Positions 9,414-17,629 of a stretch of 64,000 bases of DNA are shown piece after piece; positions within the stretch are counted from its first letter, which is position 1; every line of letters starts with the position of its first letter. The notes under the pieces were generated by a model, which worked only from the letters and a program-made list of their open reading frames with translations, ran no database searches and was not told the DNA's origin. A program made the translations under genes and the position numbers. Location of the stretch: the sequence record NC_061445.1, one strand, 5' to 3'.

Positions 9414-9440
9414 GGCTGCCATTGCTGGTGGCCCTTTTTC
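9414..9440 (+). terminator. Intrinsic terminator followed by CTGTAAATA (9445-9453)
   Basis: AGGGC-GCCA..TGGT-GCCCT followed by T5. Confidence 0.65.
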
Positions 9441-9485
9441 ATTTCTGTAAATACTCCGCACACTAACCACAACGCGGAACTTATA

Positions 9486-9854
9486 ATGCGCCGATTTGTA
9501 CTCATCTTCAACGTCAGTCAGGAAGAACTAGATGACCGTCGTTTCTTTCAGGCAAAGCTCAACATTGTCTCATCACTGCGCCGCGCTCGCTGTGTGTTTC
9601 TCGTCGTGCGCGAGACAAAGCAGGTACTCTGTGTCTCTGAGCTAACGTATCAACCAAGCGTCGAACCCGGCATTCGTCAGGTAGACTTCGACGCCCCGCG
9701 TGATGTGACCGCATACGTTCTGCCATTCACCGAACTCACTACTGCTATGGTCAATAACTCGCAGGACCCAAGCATTCGCTACTTTGGCCGTCAGCTTGAA
9801 ATGGATGCTGACCAGCTTAAACGTTTTCACACTCAACTGGAGATTGTCCCATGA
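9486..9854 (+). CDS. Hypothetical protein
   Basis: ORF with an ATGA overlap to the next gene. Confidence 0.65.
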   Translation: MRRFVLIFNVSQEELDDRRFFQAKLNIVSSLRRARCVFLVVRETKQVLCVSELTYQPSVEPGIRQVDFDAPRDVTAYVLPFTELTTAMVNNSQDPSIRYFGRQLEMDADQLKRFHTQLEIVP

Positions 9855-10093
9855 GTCAGTCATTAGGCGCTTCACTTGGTGCTCGCTTCGCTGTTAGCTC
9901 TCAGGAGAATATTGAGCGCCGTAAGAAGCGTGACCCGAAGAACAAGACGCTGACCTGTGCTGGCACTACAGCGCAGTACAATGCTGTCGGTATGCTCGCT
10001 AACAAACTCGACGTGTCACGCTCGCGTGTCATTGAATTGGCAATCGAAGAACTGCTGGCGAAGCATGGTATTAAGGTTGAGAGTGATGAGTAA
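9851..10093 (+). CDS. Ribbon-helix-helix (CopG/Arc-like) DNA-binding protein
   Basis: TLTCAGTTAQYNAVGMLANKLDVSRSRVIELAIEELL has the RHH pattern. Confidence 0.7.
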   Translation: MSQSLGASLGARFAVSSQENIERRKKRDPKNKTLTCAGTTAQYNAVGMLANKLDVSRSRVIELAIEELLAKHGIKVESDE

Positions 10094-10451
10094 CGATACG
10101 CATATCTTTTGCCGACTGTATGGCGTACAGCACCGACTGCGTATCATCGCATATAACTTCCTCAAACCTCAGCACATGATAACAGTCGATCCCTCTGACG
10201 TGCTCAAGATGATGCCTCGCATTATGGTGGGAGCAGCATACGACACGTACACGCCGTACAAAGTGATCAAGGCGGGACGTGCTGACTTCAAAATCCGCCT
10301 GATAGAGCGCACTGATGCGAACGTGTGGCGCTACGTGTTCGAAGACTATCGAGGCAAGCTGTTTGAGACTTACTTAAATCGGAGAACGTATGATACAGCT
10401 GGGGACGATAACAGCGTTAAGTCTAAAAGACAAAGCGCCACGATCCACTGA
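10086..10451 (+). CDS. Hypothetical protein
   Basis: ORF overlapping both neighbours. Confidence 0.55.
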   Translation: MSNDTHIFCRLYGVQHRLRIIAYNFLKPQHMITVDPSDVLKMMPRIMVGAAYDTYTPYKVIKAGRADFKIRLIERTDANVWRYVFEDYRGKLFETYLNRRTYDTAGDDNSVKSKRQSATIH

Positions 10452-11025
10452 CATTGATATCACGCCCGTATCGAAAGACGAAGACTGGGGCTCATTGAGT
10501 CCCTTTCATCTCGGGCCGTGTCGCACACCTGACGGTACGATGTTTCTCAACATGGAAAACTTGTGGCAGTACAGCAAGGTCTATGAAGACCACATCGTCA
10601 ACTCGAATGATATCTTTCACGGTGAGATAAGCAGAGAGTGGTATGAGTGGCATCTCAAAGGTGCTGGCTCAAAACAGGCGCATCGCTATCCTATGGGGAA
10701 AGACCAAAAGGCTTTGTTCTCCAAATGGGGCGACTTGCGCCTTTCTTACGTTTCAGCACGAAAACAAATCTACGTGCCGGAATATGCCAAGCTGGTAATC
10801 AATCAGCCGAAGTTCAAACGTCTGCTCAAGGAATATAAGAAAGGTGCGAAGATCGTTGTGCGCGATTATGACACCTACGATATTCTACGGGCCTACCCAA
10901 ATGCTCGTAGCCCTTGGCTCGAAGCGATCAACAACCCGAACGCGAAGTTTGGTCACTCATTCGTGATTGCCCTCGCCCTGCTGTTTCACGACAGACCACT
11001 ATGGTACAATCAATGGATAATCTAA
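10390..11025 (+). CDS. DUF6939-like (possibly NADAR-fold) protein
   Basis: LSPFHLGP, MENLWQYSKVY, LSYVSARKQIYVPEY, IVVRDYD; family recalled, not searched. Confidence 0.5.
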   Translation: MIQLGTITALSLKDKAPRSTDIDITPVSKDEDWGSLSPFHLGPCRTPDGTMFLNMENLWQYSKVYEDHIVNSNDIFHGEISREWYEWHLKGAGSKQAHRYPMGKDQKALFSKWGDLRLSYVSARKQIYVPEYAKLVINQPKFKRLLKEYKKGAKIVVRDYDTYDILRAYPNARSPWLEAINNPNAKFGHSFVIALALLFHDRPLWYNQWII

Positions 11026-11330
11026 AGTATCTGGCTTGCATTGAACTGAGCACAAGAGAAGGTAATCTGAATCTACCTATCTTACCTAAGTGTGATATGC
11101 AGGCGTTTCTGCTGGACAGCCGTACTAAAACGAAAGTGCCTATCAAGCTCAATGCCACAAACGTGGTGAAAGTCTGCGGCAAGACGTGTGGCAGCCTGCA
11201 ATGGTTCGACTGCGTTAATCTGCTTATTTGGTCGTCATTCGAGCCAGAGCGTTTCACGCTGTATATTGAGCGGACACTCAAAGCAGACGAGACAGCGCGC
11301 GCCCTGCAATCTGCTGAACTCTGCAAATAA
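11013..11330 (+). CDS. Hypothetical protein
   Basis: ORF. Confidence 0.6.
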   Translation: MDNLKYLACIELSTREGNLNLPILPKCDMQAFLLDSRTKTKVPIKLNATNVVKVCGKTCGSLQWFDCVNLLIWSSFEPERFTLYIERTLKADETARALQSAELCK

Positions 11331-11375
11331 CTGGTCAAAATAGCCGTTCTGTTTAGTAGCTCGATATGATATACT
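11321..11375 (+). promoter_or_regulatory. Boxed extended -10 promoter
   Basis: First 23 nt identical to the 6861 copy; TGGTCA 11332-37, 32 nt, TG-a-TATACT 11370-75. Confidence 0.75.
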
Positions 11376-11423
11376 AAGAGCGAGCGCTATTGCTCAAAAA
11401 CAACTAAAGCTGAGGAGCTTATC

Positions 11424-11864
11424 ATGACTACTACTTACAACATCGCTGATCTGAAAACCCCTGAAATGTTCGCAGATGCCCGCCTGGGTCACTTATCAGA
11501 TTTCGCTGATAAACTTCGCGCTCTGCTGGGTCGTGAAGATATGTATCTGGAACTTGAAGCAGAAGAGGGTGCTGATATTTCAGACGTGTGCCCTGATGCA
11601 GATTCTGTTGTGGGGGACAATCTGATCAACCTGCATATTCACTATGCAGATGACCCTGATCATGTAAGCGATAAGGGTGCATGGTACGCTTACTTAGCTT
11701 TCCCGCATGTTGAAAATCATTGGGGCGAGTGGACAAATAGTTTCATCCTGTTTGTCGAATCTAACGACGGGGATTTCCTTGAAGAGATCGCGTTCGAAAA
11801 TGGCAACCCGAAAATGCTGTCTGATATTGTCGACCGCATTAACTACTGGTTCCCTGCCGAATAA
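11424..11864 (+). CDS. Acidic hypothetical protein (probable early gene)
   Basis: SD hairpin AAGCT-GAGG-AGCTT. Confidence 0.8.
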   Translation: MTTTYNIADLKTPEMFADARLGHLSDFADKLRALLGREDMYLELEAEEGADISDVCPDADSVVGDNLINLHIHYADDPDHVSDKGAWYAYLAFPHVENHWGEWTNSFILFVESNDGDFLEEIAFENGNPKMLSDIVDRINYWFPAE

Positions 11865-11866
11865 GT

Positions 11867-11905
11867 GATTTGTGTTGAGCATTCGCTGAGTGCTCAATGA
11901 AAATC
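11867..11905 (+). repeat. Conserved 39-nt intergenic stem-loop, copy 1
   Basis: GATTTGTG-TTGAGCA-TTCGCTGAG-TGCTCAA-TGAAAATC; copy 2 at 12254. Confidence 0.75.
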
Positions 11906-11935
11906 CAAACAACACCCTAAGCTAAGGAGCTTAAC

Positions 11936-12253
11936 ATGTCTTCATCTACTACTCTGACTTTCATCTTCCCAGAAATGACTACTCTGGAAGTTTCAATCGG
12001 TAACGGCGTTGTGCCCGCTTATCTGGGTCTCGCCGAAAACAAAGACATAACATTCAGCGATGTTAAAGCGCTGCGTCTGATGGGCGATTCAAACATCGTG
12101 GGCGCAATGAGCCGCTTCGATCAGTCGATGCTTAACATGCTGATCGCCCGTCATGAAACGCACGAGCACATTCGTTGCCGTGACGCCATTGAGCATGGCA
12201 CTGAGCATTTCCCGTCTACTTGTCTCTACCTGAAAGTAGCGCACCACCGCTAA
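11936..12253 (+). CDS. Hypothetical protein
   Basis: SD hairpin TAAGCT-AAGG-AGCTTA. Confidence 0.8.
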   Translation: MSSSTTLTFIFPEMTTLEVSIGNGVVPAYLGLAENKDITFSDVKALRLMGDSNIVGAMSRFDQSMLNMLIARHETHEHIRCRDAIEHGTEHFPSTCLYLKVAHHR

Positions 12254-12292
12254 GATTTGTGAAGGGCATTCGCTGAGTGTCCTTTGAAAATC
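12254..12292 (+). repeat. Conserved 39-nt intergenic stem-loop, copy 2
   Basis: GATTTGTG-AAGGGCA-TTCGCTGAG-TGTCCTT-TGAAAATC; stem covaries with copy 1. Confidence 0.75.
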
Positions 12293-12316
12293 AAACACTG
12301 TTCTGAGGAGAACAAC

Positions 12317-12670
12317 ATGCACAACATCGAACTGCCTGTAGACGCTCGCCACTTTGACGATCTGACCAACGCAGAGTTCCTGCAAGTGTGTCGCGCTCTG
12401 TCTACTGTCACTGGTCGTGAAGACCTTGAGTTTCGTTCGCATCTGATGAGTCGCTTCATCGACATTGCGTATCGCTCTGGCGACACTAACACGTTCGGTA
12501 TCAGTAAGTGCCGTGTGCTAATGCCGTCAGAAGTCCAACGTGAGGATATCGTTGAAGACTTCGAGATCCATCACGGCGATGCAGTCATCTCTATCGAACG
12601 CCAGCGCGATACAGAGACAACGCTGCAACGTATCGCAGGTGCCATTGAAGCCTGTTTACCAAGAGAGTGA
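12317..12670 (+). CDS. Hypothetical protein
   Basis: SD hairpin TGTTCT-GAGG-AGAACA. Confidence 0.8.
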   Translation: MHNIELPVDARHFDDLTNAEFLQVCRALSTVTGREDLEFRSHLMSRFIDIAYRSGDTNTFGISKCRVLMPSEVQREDIVEDFEIHHGDAVISIERQRDTETTLQRIAGAIEACLPRE

Positions 12671-12741
12671 TTGTTGCTCGCAGATTCTTACGAGAGTCTG
12701 CTGTCAACATAACCCAAAATACCTAAGCTGAGGAGCTTAAC

Positions 12742-13152
12742 ATGAAACAATTCCCACGTCGCGGCGAAACGTACACGCTGAAACAAATCGAAACTGAACT
12801 GGACCTGCGTGACGCACCGTTCCTGCGTTTCATCCCGCAGAAAGTGCGTTATGAGCATGAGAGTGCAGCGGGCATTCAGGTTATTCAGTCTGCGAATGTC
12901 GTTGACCTGCACCACCTTGAAGGCTGGGCAGACACTGAGTGGGTATTCGTTCGTGAGACCGAAGAGTGGATTCCACTGTTCCGTGCGAAAGACGATGCCG
13001 CGATTGAGGCGCTCTGTGTTATCGAGCCTTCTACCGATTACAGTAGTCGTATTGATGGCGGTATGCACATCTACCCGAAAGGTACTGAGCATCGTCAATA
13101 CGAACCGTATGACGAGAAGCTGCATGGCGATCTGCTGGTGGCAGTAAAATAA
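12742..13152 (+). CDS. Hypothetical protein
   Basis: SD hairpin TAAGCT-GAGG-AGCTTA. Confidence 0.8.
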   Translation: MKQFPRRGETYTLKQIETELDLRDAPFLRFIPQKVRYEHESAAGIQVIQSANVVDLHHLEGWADTEWVFVRETEEWIPLFRAKDDAAIEALCVIEPSTDYSSRIDGGMHIYPKGTEHRQYEPYDEKLHGDLLVAVK

Positions 13153-13157
13153 ATAAC

Positions 13158-13190
13158 AGGGATGCTCGCATAGGCGGGTGTCCCATTTTA
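13158..13190 (+). terminator. Intrinsic terminator
   Basis: GGGATGCTCGC-ATAG-GCGGGTGTCCC followed by ATTTTT. Confidence 0.75.
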
Positions 13191-13236
13191 CATTCGGGTC
13201 GTTTACTCGAATAACTTAACTTGAAGGGAAATAAAA

Positions 13237-13758
13237 ATGCTGGATAAAATCACCCACATCGTTCACACAATGATGACCTCTCTTAAAGACATTCGCAACG
13301 TGCAGGAAGTTCGCTTCATCGGTAACGAAGCTGTGCGTTTTCGTTTGCATGACAGAACGTTTGACGTGCGCGGCAACTACCCGTTGTTCTCTGTGCATGA
13401 GATCGAAGGGTCTTGCATGTGTGGTTCGAAAGCTGCCCGTGATGTTGAAGCGCAGATGAATAGCGGTGGCGTAGACGGCGAAGAAGACTTCGGACATAAC
13501 TCTAGCGACGAAGCGCTCAACGATCTGCTGTGTGCTCACGTTGAGTCTATGGAAGAAGAAGCTGTGCGTCGATACAATGAAGAATGCGGTGGCCCTGACT
13601 TAGACCCTATTAACAGTCAGCGCACTTGGTTGAAGACGCACTTCCTGCACATCGGGCACAACACGCCTGACCTTCTCGAAACAGTATTGATGATGGAGGG
13701 CAGAGAGCGCCGTGACGAATTGGCAAACGCCGTTAAGGAGAAGATATGGTCAGATTGA
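13237..13758 (+). CDS. Hypothetical protein
   Basis: ORF with SD. Confidence 0.75.
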   Translation: MLDKITHIVHTMMTSLKDIRNVQEVRFIGNEAVRFRLHDRTFDVRGNYPLFSVHEIEGSCMCGSKAARDVEAQMNSGGVDGEEDFGHNSSDEALNDLLCAHVESMEEEAVRRYNEECGGPDLDPINSQRTWLKTHFLHIGHNTPDLLETVLMMEGRERRDELANAVKEKIWSD

Positions 13759-14036
13759 TCATAGGCCTCATTCGTGACTGGCGCAAGCAGAAGCAACTCG
13801 AATTTAAGACTGAGGTGCTTGAGGCAATAATGATGTTAGACCTGCGTGACAAACAACTGCTGTGTCGTGCGTTCGGTCTGCCTGTTGATATGAATGGCCT
13901 TCATGCTATCGCAAGCATGAGCCGTAAAGAGTTAGCGAAACAGTGTGCGCAGTATTACGTGCGTTTCGCCGATAAGAAGTGGAAAGTGTTACCTGCTTTC
14001 CGCGATGTGCTGTACAACATCCGAAGAGGAAAATAA
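13746..14036 (+). CDS. Hypothetical protein
   Basis: AAGGAG SD. Confidence 0.7.
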   Translation: MVRLIIGLIRDWRKQKQLEFKTEVLEAIMMLDLRDKQLLCRAFGLPVDMNGLHAIASMSRKELAKQCAQYYVRFADKKWKVLPAFRDVLYNIRRGK

Positions 14037-14039
14037 GTA

Positions 14040-14477
14040 ATGAGCGAAATAGATATTCTGATCCGAGAGTTCGAGCGGGCGTATCTCAAGTCACTTGCAT
14101 CTGTCTGGGGAAACGTTGCCTATCATGCTGGCGATTATAACCCTGAGCTGAAAAACATTCGCATGTACTTGCGCTTTCGCACTCAACAACAATGTTTGTG
14201 GAATCGTCCTGTTCTGGTACTCTCTACTATCGACGTCACCAATCCGGGCCAAGGCGAGTTCTCGAAGTTACTCGCACGTACCAAAGAGATGTGTCGTCAA
14301 CGTGACTGGATTCTGCAAATCGAAAACGTACTGACGCCTAAGTTCAGGAAGTTTCTTCAACGTGGTGGATTCAAACCTTTCGGTATTGATGCAGAAGTGT
14401 CGTACGGAAGTTTGTATTGGTTCCACGACGAAACAATCCCGCAGCAATGCGCGATGTACCCGGAGATTAGACGATGA
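14040..14477 (+). CDS. Small GNAT-family acetyltransferase-like protein
   Basis: VLVLSTIDVTNPGQGEFSKLL (motif A-like) and IENVLTPKFRKFLQRGGF (motif B-like). Confidence 0.55.
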   Translation: MSEIDILIREFERAYLKSLASVWGNVAYHAGDYNPELKNIRMYLRFRTQQQCLWNRPVLVLSTIDVTNPGQGEFSKLLARTKEMCRQRDWILQIENVLTPKFRKFLQRGGFKPFGIDAEVSYGSLYWFHDETIPQQCAMYPEIRR

Positions 14478-14920
14478 CTATTTGGTGGCCTACAATAATA
14501 ATCTGCTTCGTGCTGCCCATGTCTGCTTGCTATGCGACTATCCCGTGGTTTCGTGCTGCTGTTAATCGCAGACTGACGTTCAAGCCGTTTGACTATGACG
14601 CGCTCACTCAAATCTTCGAGCGTGGTCTGCCTGAGCGTTTGACTATTGAGTGTCTGCAAGCAACGTACAAGGGCAACACACCAGAGCATTTGTTCGTTGA
14701 TATTTATCCGCACAAAGAGAACGTTGCTGCTGTTCGCTTTCGTGTGGACGAAGACTTTCCCATAGCGCATATCTTTCACAATGCGCTGGTGGGTAACTAT
14801 AGTGCGCTGTGCATTCGTAGCAAGAAGCCGCCTGTGTTGAGTATCAACCAGTCTGTGTATCGTGTGATCGAATACGAATATGATAGCCAGTACCTGTTGA
14901 TCTACCTCAAACACGAGTAA
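14474..14920 (+). CDS. Hypothetical protein with an N-terminal hydrophobic segment
   Basis: IWWPTIIICFVLPMSACY; ATGA overlap. Confidence 0.7.
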   Translation: MTIWWPTIIICFVLPMSACYATIPWFRAAVNRRLTFKPFDYDALTQIFERGLPERLTIECLQATYKGNTPEHLFVDIYPHKENVAAVRFRVDEDFPIAHIFHNALVGNYSALCIRSKKPPVLSINQSVYRVIEYEYDSQYLLIYLKHE

Positions 14921-14926
14921 ACAATC

Positions 14927-15226
14927 ATGGTCACTCAACAACAACTCAAAGAGTTCTCGGCGTTACCTTCTTTACAACGGAAAGTGTTTCTTCGAAGTCT
15001 TCAGGTAGAGATGTTGAGTGGCCTACCCGAAGTAGAACCGATAGTACGTGAGATGCTATGTCGCGCTATCGTGGTTGATATTGCTCAGGCTGAACTGGCA
15101 TTACTTGCCGCTCGTCAAATGTGCGAGAACAAGGACGTTAAGAAAGCCATTGATGAATTGCTTCAATTCGCTGCGCGTCTGCATGACGCCGCATCTGATA
15201 CTTTATTCTTAGGAGATACCGCATGA
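14927..15226 (+). CDS. Hypothetical protein
   Basis: ORF. Confidence 0.7.
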   Translation: MVTQQQLKEFSALPSLQRKVFLRSLQVEMLSGLPEVEPIVREMLCRAIVVDIAQAELALLAARQMCENKDVKKAIDELLQFAARLHDAASDTLFLGDTA

Positions 15227-16272
15227 ATACGATTTCTGGCGCAATGATTGATGAAGATGTTCTGGAGTGGCTGGACGATTTTAATGGTCACAAGATTCGT
15301 GAGATGTGCGAAGCGATCAATCAGCTTGCGTATGCGCATCGCACCGAGCTGTCTATCCCGAACATGGGTAGTGATGAAGATCTGGCTGCGCTGTCTCATG
15401 CTGACCTGTTCACTATTCTGTCTCTCGCTTGCCCTGACGCGAAGTATGACCTGATGTTGTCTAACGTGCAACTGCTTGGTCTTGCGCTTGCTGCCAAAGG
15501 CGTTATCGACTATCACCTGCCTGAATTGAATAGCCCGATTCTGGCAAAGCGTGAGTTCGTAGACAAGCACCGTAAAAACATTATCGGTGGCATAAGCACT
15601 CGTGGTCAGATTGTTGCTGCACTCAACGAATGGGTATGCGGTCTGCGTGACCTTGAGATTGTACATGCTGGTTCTGACGTACCGCCTGATATTGCCGGTA
15701 TGTATCTGTGTCTCGACGAGCATGAACAAGTTCGCTACGGTCGCTTGTTCCCTAACGGCAGTCAGGGTTGGACGTTCTGCGAGTCGTATGCTGACGGCGG
15801 CTCTACTGGTTGGTATAGCGGTGATACGGATCACATGAGCGATGACGATCTGCCTATGTCGCTGCTGACCGGCTGGGTACTCATTGCAGAGTGGCATAGC
15901 CCATCGCGTGAAGTGAAAGACAACGTTGTACCTATTGGCCTGAGTGACACGCATCGCATCTTTATGTTCCTGCGCAGTCTCAGCCCTCACGTGAAAGCAG
16001 AGCTGGTGGCACACTTCGAAGGTGTGCTTGACTATAAATCGCCTACCTCCGTTGACACTATCGGTCGCTTGACTACACACGACTGGCGTATGGCTGCTGT
16101 CGCTGTTGCTGATGACAGCGAGATCCCTGATGGTGCGACAAGCTGGACTAACGTACCTGCCTGGACGTGTTTCGTCGCAGTTGCTAAAGCACTTGGCTTC
16201 AACTTCGAAACCCGCCAGTTCGACCCGCAGTTCGAGTATCAGGCTAATGACGATCATTTAGAAGGAGAGTAA
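15223..16272 (+). CDS. Hypothetical protein
   Basis: 349-aa ORF with an ATGA overlap. Confidence 0.8.
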   Translation: MNTISGAMIDEDVLEWLDDFNGHKIREMCEAINQLAYAHRTELSIPNMGSDEDLAALSHADLFTILSLACPDAKYDLMLSNVQLLGLALAAKGVIDYHLPELNSPILAKREFVDKHRKNIIGGISTRGQIVAALNEWVCGLRDLEIVHAGSDVPPDIAGMYLCLDEHEQVRYGRLFPNGSQGWTFCESYADGGSTGWYSGDTDHMSDDDLPMSLLTGWVLIAEWHSPSREVKDNVVPIGLSDTHRIFMFLRSLSPHVKAELVAHFEGVLDYKSPTSVDTIGRLTTHDWRMAAVAVADDSEIPDGATSWTNVPAWTCFVAVAKALGFNFETRQFDPQFEYQANDDHLEGE

Positions 16273-16273
16273 C

Positions 16274-16807
16274 ATGGCAAAGTCACTGGGTGTATACATG
16301 ACGTACATTCTGCGTCATAAACCTCAGGACATTGGCATCGCAATGGACACCCAAGGCTGGGTGTCTGTTTTGGATTTCTTGCAGAAAGCGAAGTACAAAA
16401 AGCAAGTGACCAGAGAGATGCTGATCGAAGAAGTAGAAGCGGACGATAAAGGTCGTTTTGAGTTTAACTCGAACAAGTCCAAGATTCGTTGTGTTCAAGG
16501 TCATTCTGTTGAGCACGTCATTCTCAATCTCGAACCGTGGACTGATTGTTCGCCTCTGTATCATGGCACCGCAGAGAAGAATGTCGCTGCTATCCAGCAT
16601 GAAGGTATTCTCCGACGTAAACGCAAGCACGTCCATATCAGCAACGATATCGAAACAGCTCGACGTGTTGGCCAACGCCACGGTGTACCTGTTGTGTTTC
16701 AAATCGACACTCAGGCAATGATCACTCACGGCTATAAGTTCTACCGCGCAGAGAACGGCGTAATCTTAACTGAGTATGTACCGTCGCGCTATATCAGATT
16801 GGTGTGA
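16274..16807 (+). CDS. kptA: RNA 2'-phosphotransferase (KptA/Tpt1 family)
   Basis: YILRHKP, DDKGRFE, IRCVQGHS, LYHGT, RKHVHIS, LTEYVP. Confidence 0.93.
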   Translation: MAKSLGVYMTYILRHKPQDIGIAMDTQGWVSVLDFLQKAKYKKQVTREMLIEEVEADDKGRFEFNSNKSKIRCVQGHSVEHVILNLEPWTDCSPLYHGTAEKNVAAIQHEGILRRKRKHVHISNDIETARRVGQRHGVPVVFQIDTQAMITHGYKFYRAENGVILTEYVPSRYIRLV

Positions 16808-17208
16808 GTATGGATAAAACGTACATGCGACATTGGGGATCACGTTACGTGAGGTCCTCATCTGGCAAGTGGTATTCAGTTCATGGACGTGAAGGAACGT
16901 GGGTAACGAATCGCTACGGCACATCATTCTATCGTAGCGGGTCAGAAGTGTGGCGAGACATATCAGCCGCAGATCGTAGTGCGTTGGAACGAGAGTTAGT
17001 TTCCCGTACACGCAAAGACTTCAAAGACACTAAGCTCAAGTATAGCCACTGGGGCAAGATCGTCCTGACTATTGCGAGACAGTCAGAAGAAGAAAACAAC
17101 CCACACACGTCAGAGCTAGCTGAGATGCTTGAGTCGCTGAGACAGACTTTCTACGGACAGAAGGTACAGCAACTAAGCACAATATTGGACGAAATAGGGC
17201 TTAAATAG
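16804..17208 (+). CDS. Hypothetical protein
   Basis: GTGA overlap. Confidence 0.7.
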   Translation: MSMDKTYMRHWGSRYVRSSSGKWYSVHGREGTWVTNRYGTSFYRSGSEVWRDISAADRSALERELVSRTRKDFKDTKLKYSHWGKIVLTIARQSEEENNPHTSELAEMLESLRQTFYGQKVQQLSTILDEIGLK

Positions 17209-17229
17209 TAGGCTCGTTTGTGATACAAT
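17178..17229 (+). promoter_or_regulatory. Boxed extended -10 promoter
   Basis: TGGACG 17186-91, 32 nt, TG-a-TACAAT 17224-29. Confidence 0.6.
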
Positions 17230-17278
17230 AGAGATGAACGCTAGACACTCGTTTAGCTACTTACATGAGGATATGTAT

Positions 17279-17602
17279 ATGAAAAAGAAAACTGCTGTTC
17301 AACCTACAATCGAAGGTCGTGTCTTTACTCTTTTCAGTACCGAACAATTTCCGCCTGAATCAACTACCCCTTTTGCTGATCGTGATACATTTCTTCCTCA
17401 GCTTCGCCGAGTTCAGGAAGCTGCTCGACTGGAACGTATTCGCGGTATGTCCTGCTGTCCGTACTGTGGTGAAATGATGATGCTTGGCGAATACACCAAA
17501 GACAACTGGCTGTGGTCGTATTCTTACCAGCACATGATCGAACACCACAACGTAGAGCCGTCCGCAGAATTTATTGCTTACGTCGAAACTACTTCCAAAT
17601 AA
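17279..17602 (+). CDS. Small Cys/His-motif protein
   Basis: CCPYCG...YQHMIEHHNVEPS. Confidence 0.7.
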   Translation: MKKKTAVQPTIEGRVFTLFSTEQFPPESTTPFADRDTFLPQLRRVQEAARLERIRGMSCCPYCGEMMMLGEYTKDNWLWSYSYQHMIEHHNVEPSAEFIAYVETTSK

Positions 17603-17629
17603 ACTGAACTTTACCTGAGGATATGTATC

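Noticed and set aside
11867-12744. Repeats as a possible CRISPR array or attC-like integron cassettes
   Set aside because: Only two hairpin copies, separated by a whole gene, with no regular spacers and no cas or integrase gene in the window. Reported instead as RNA elements.
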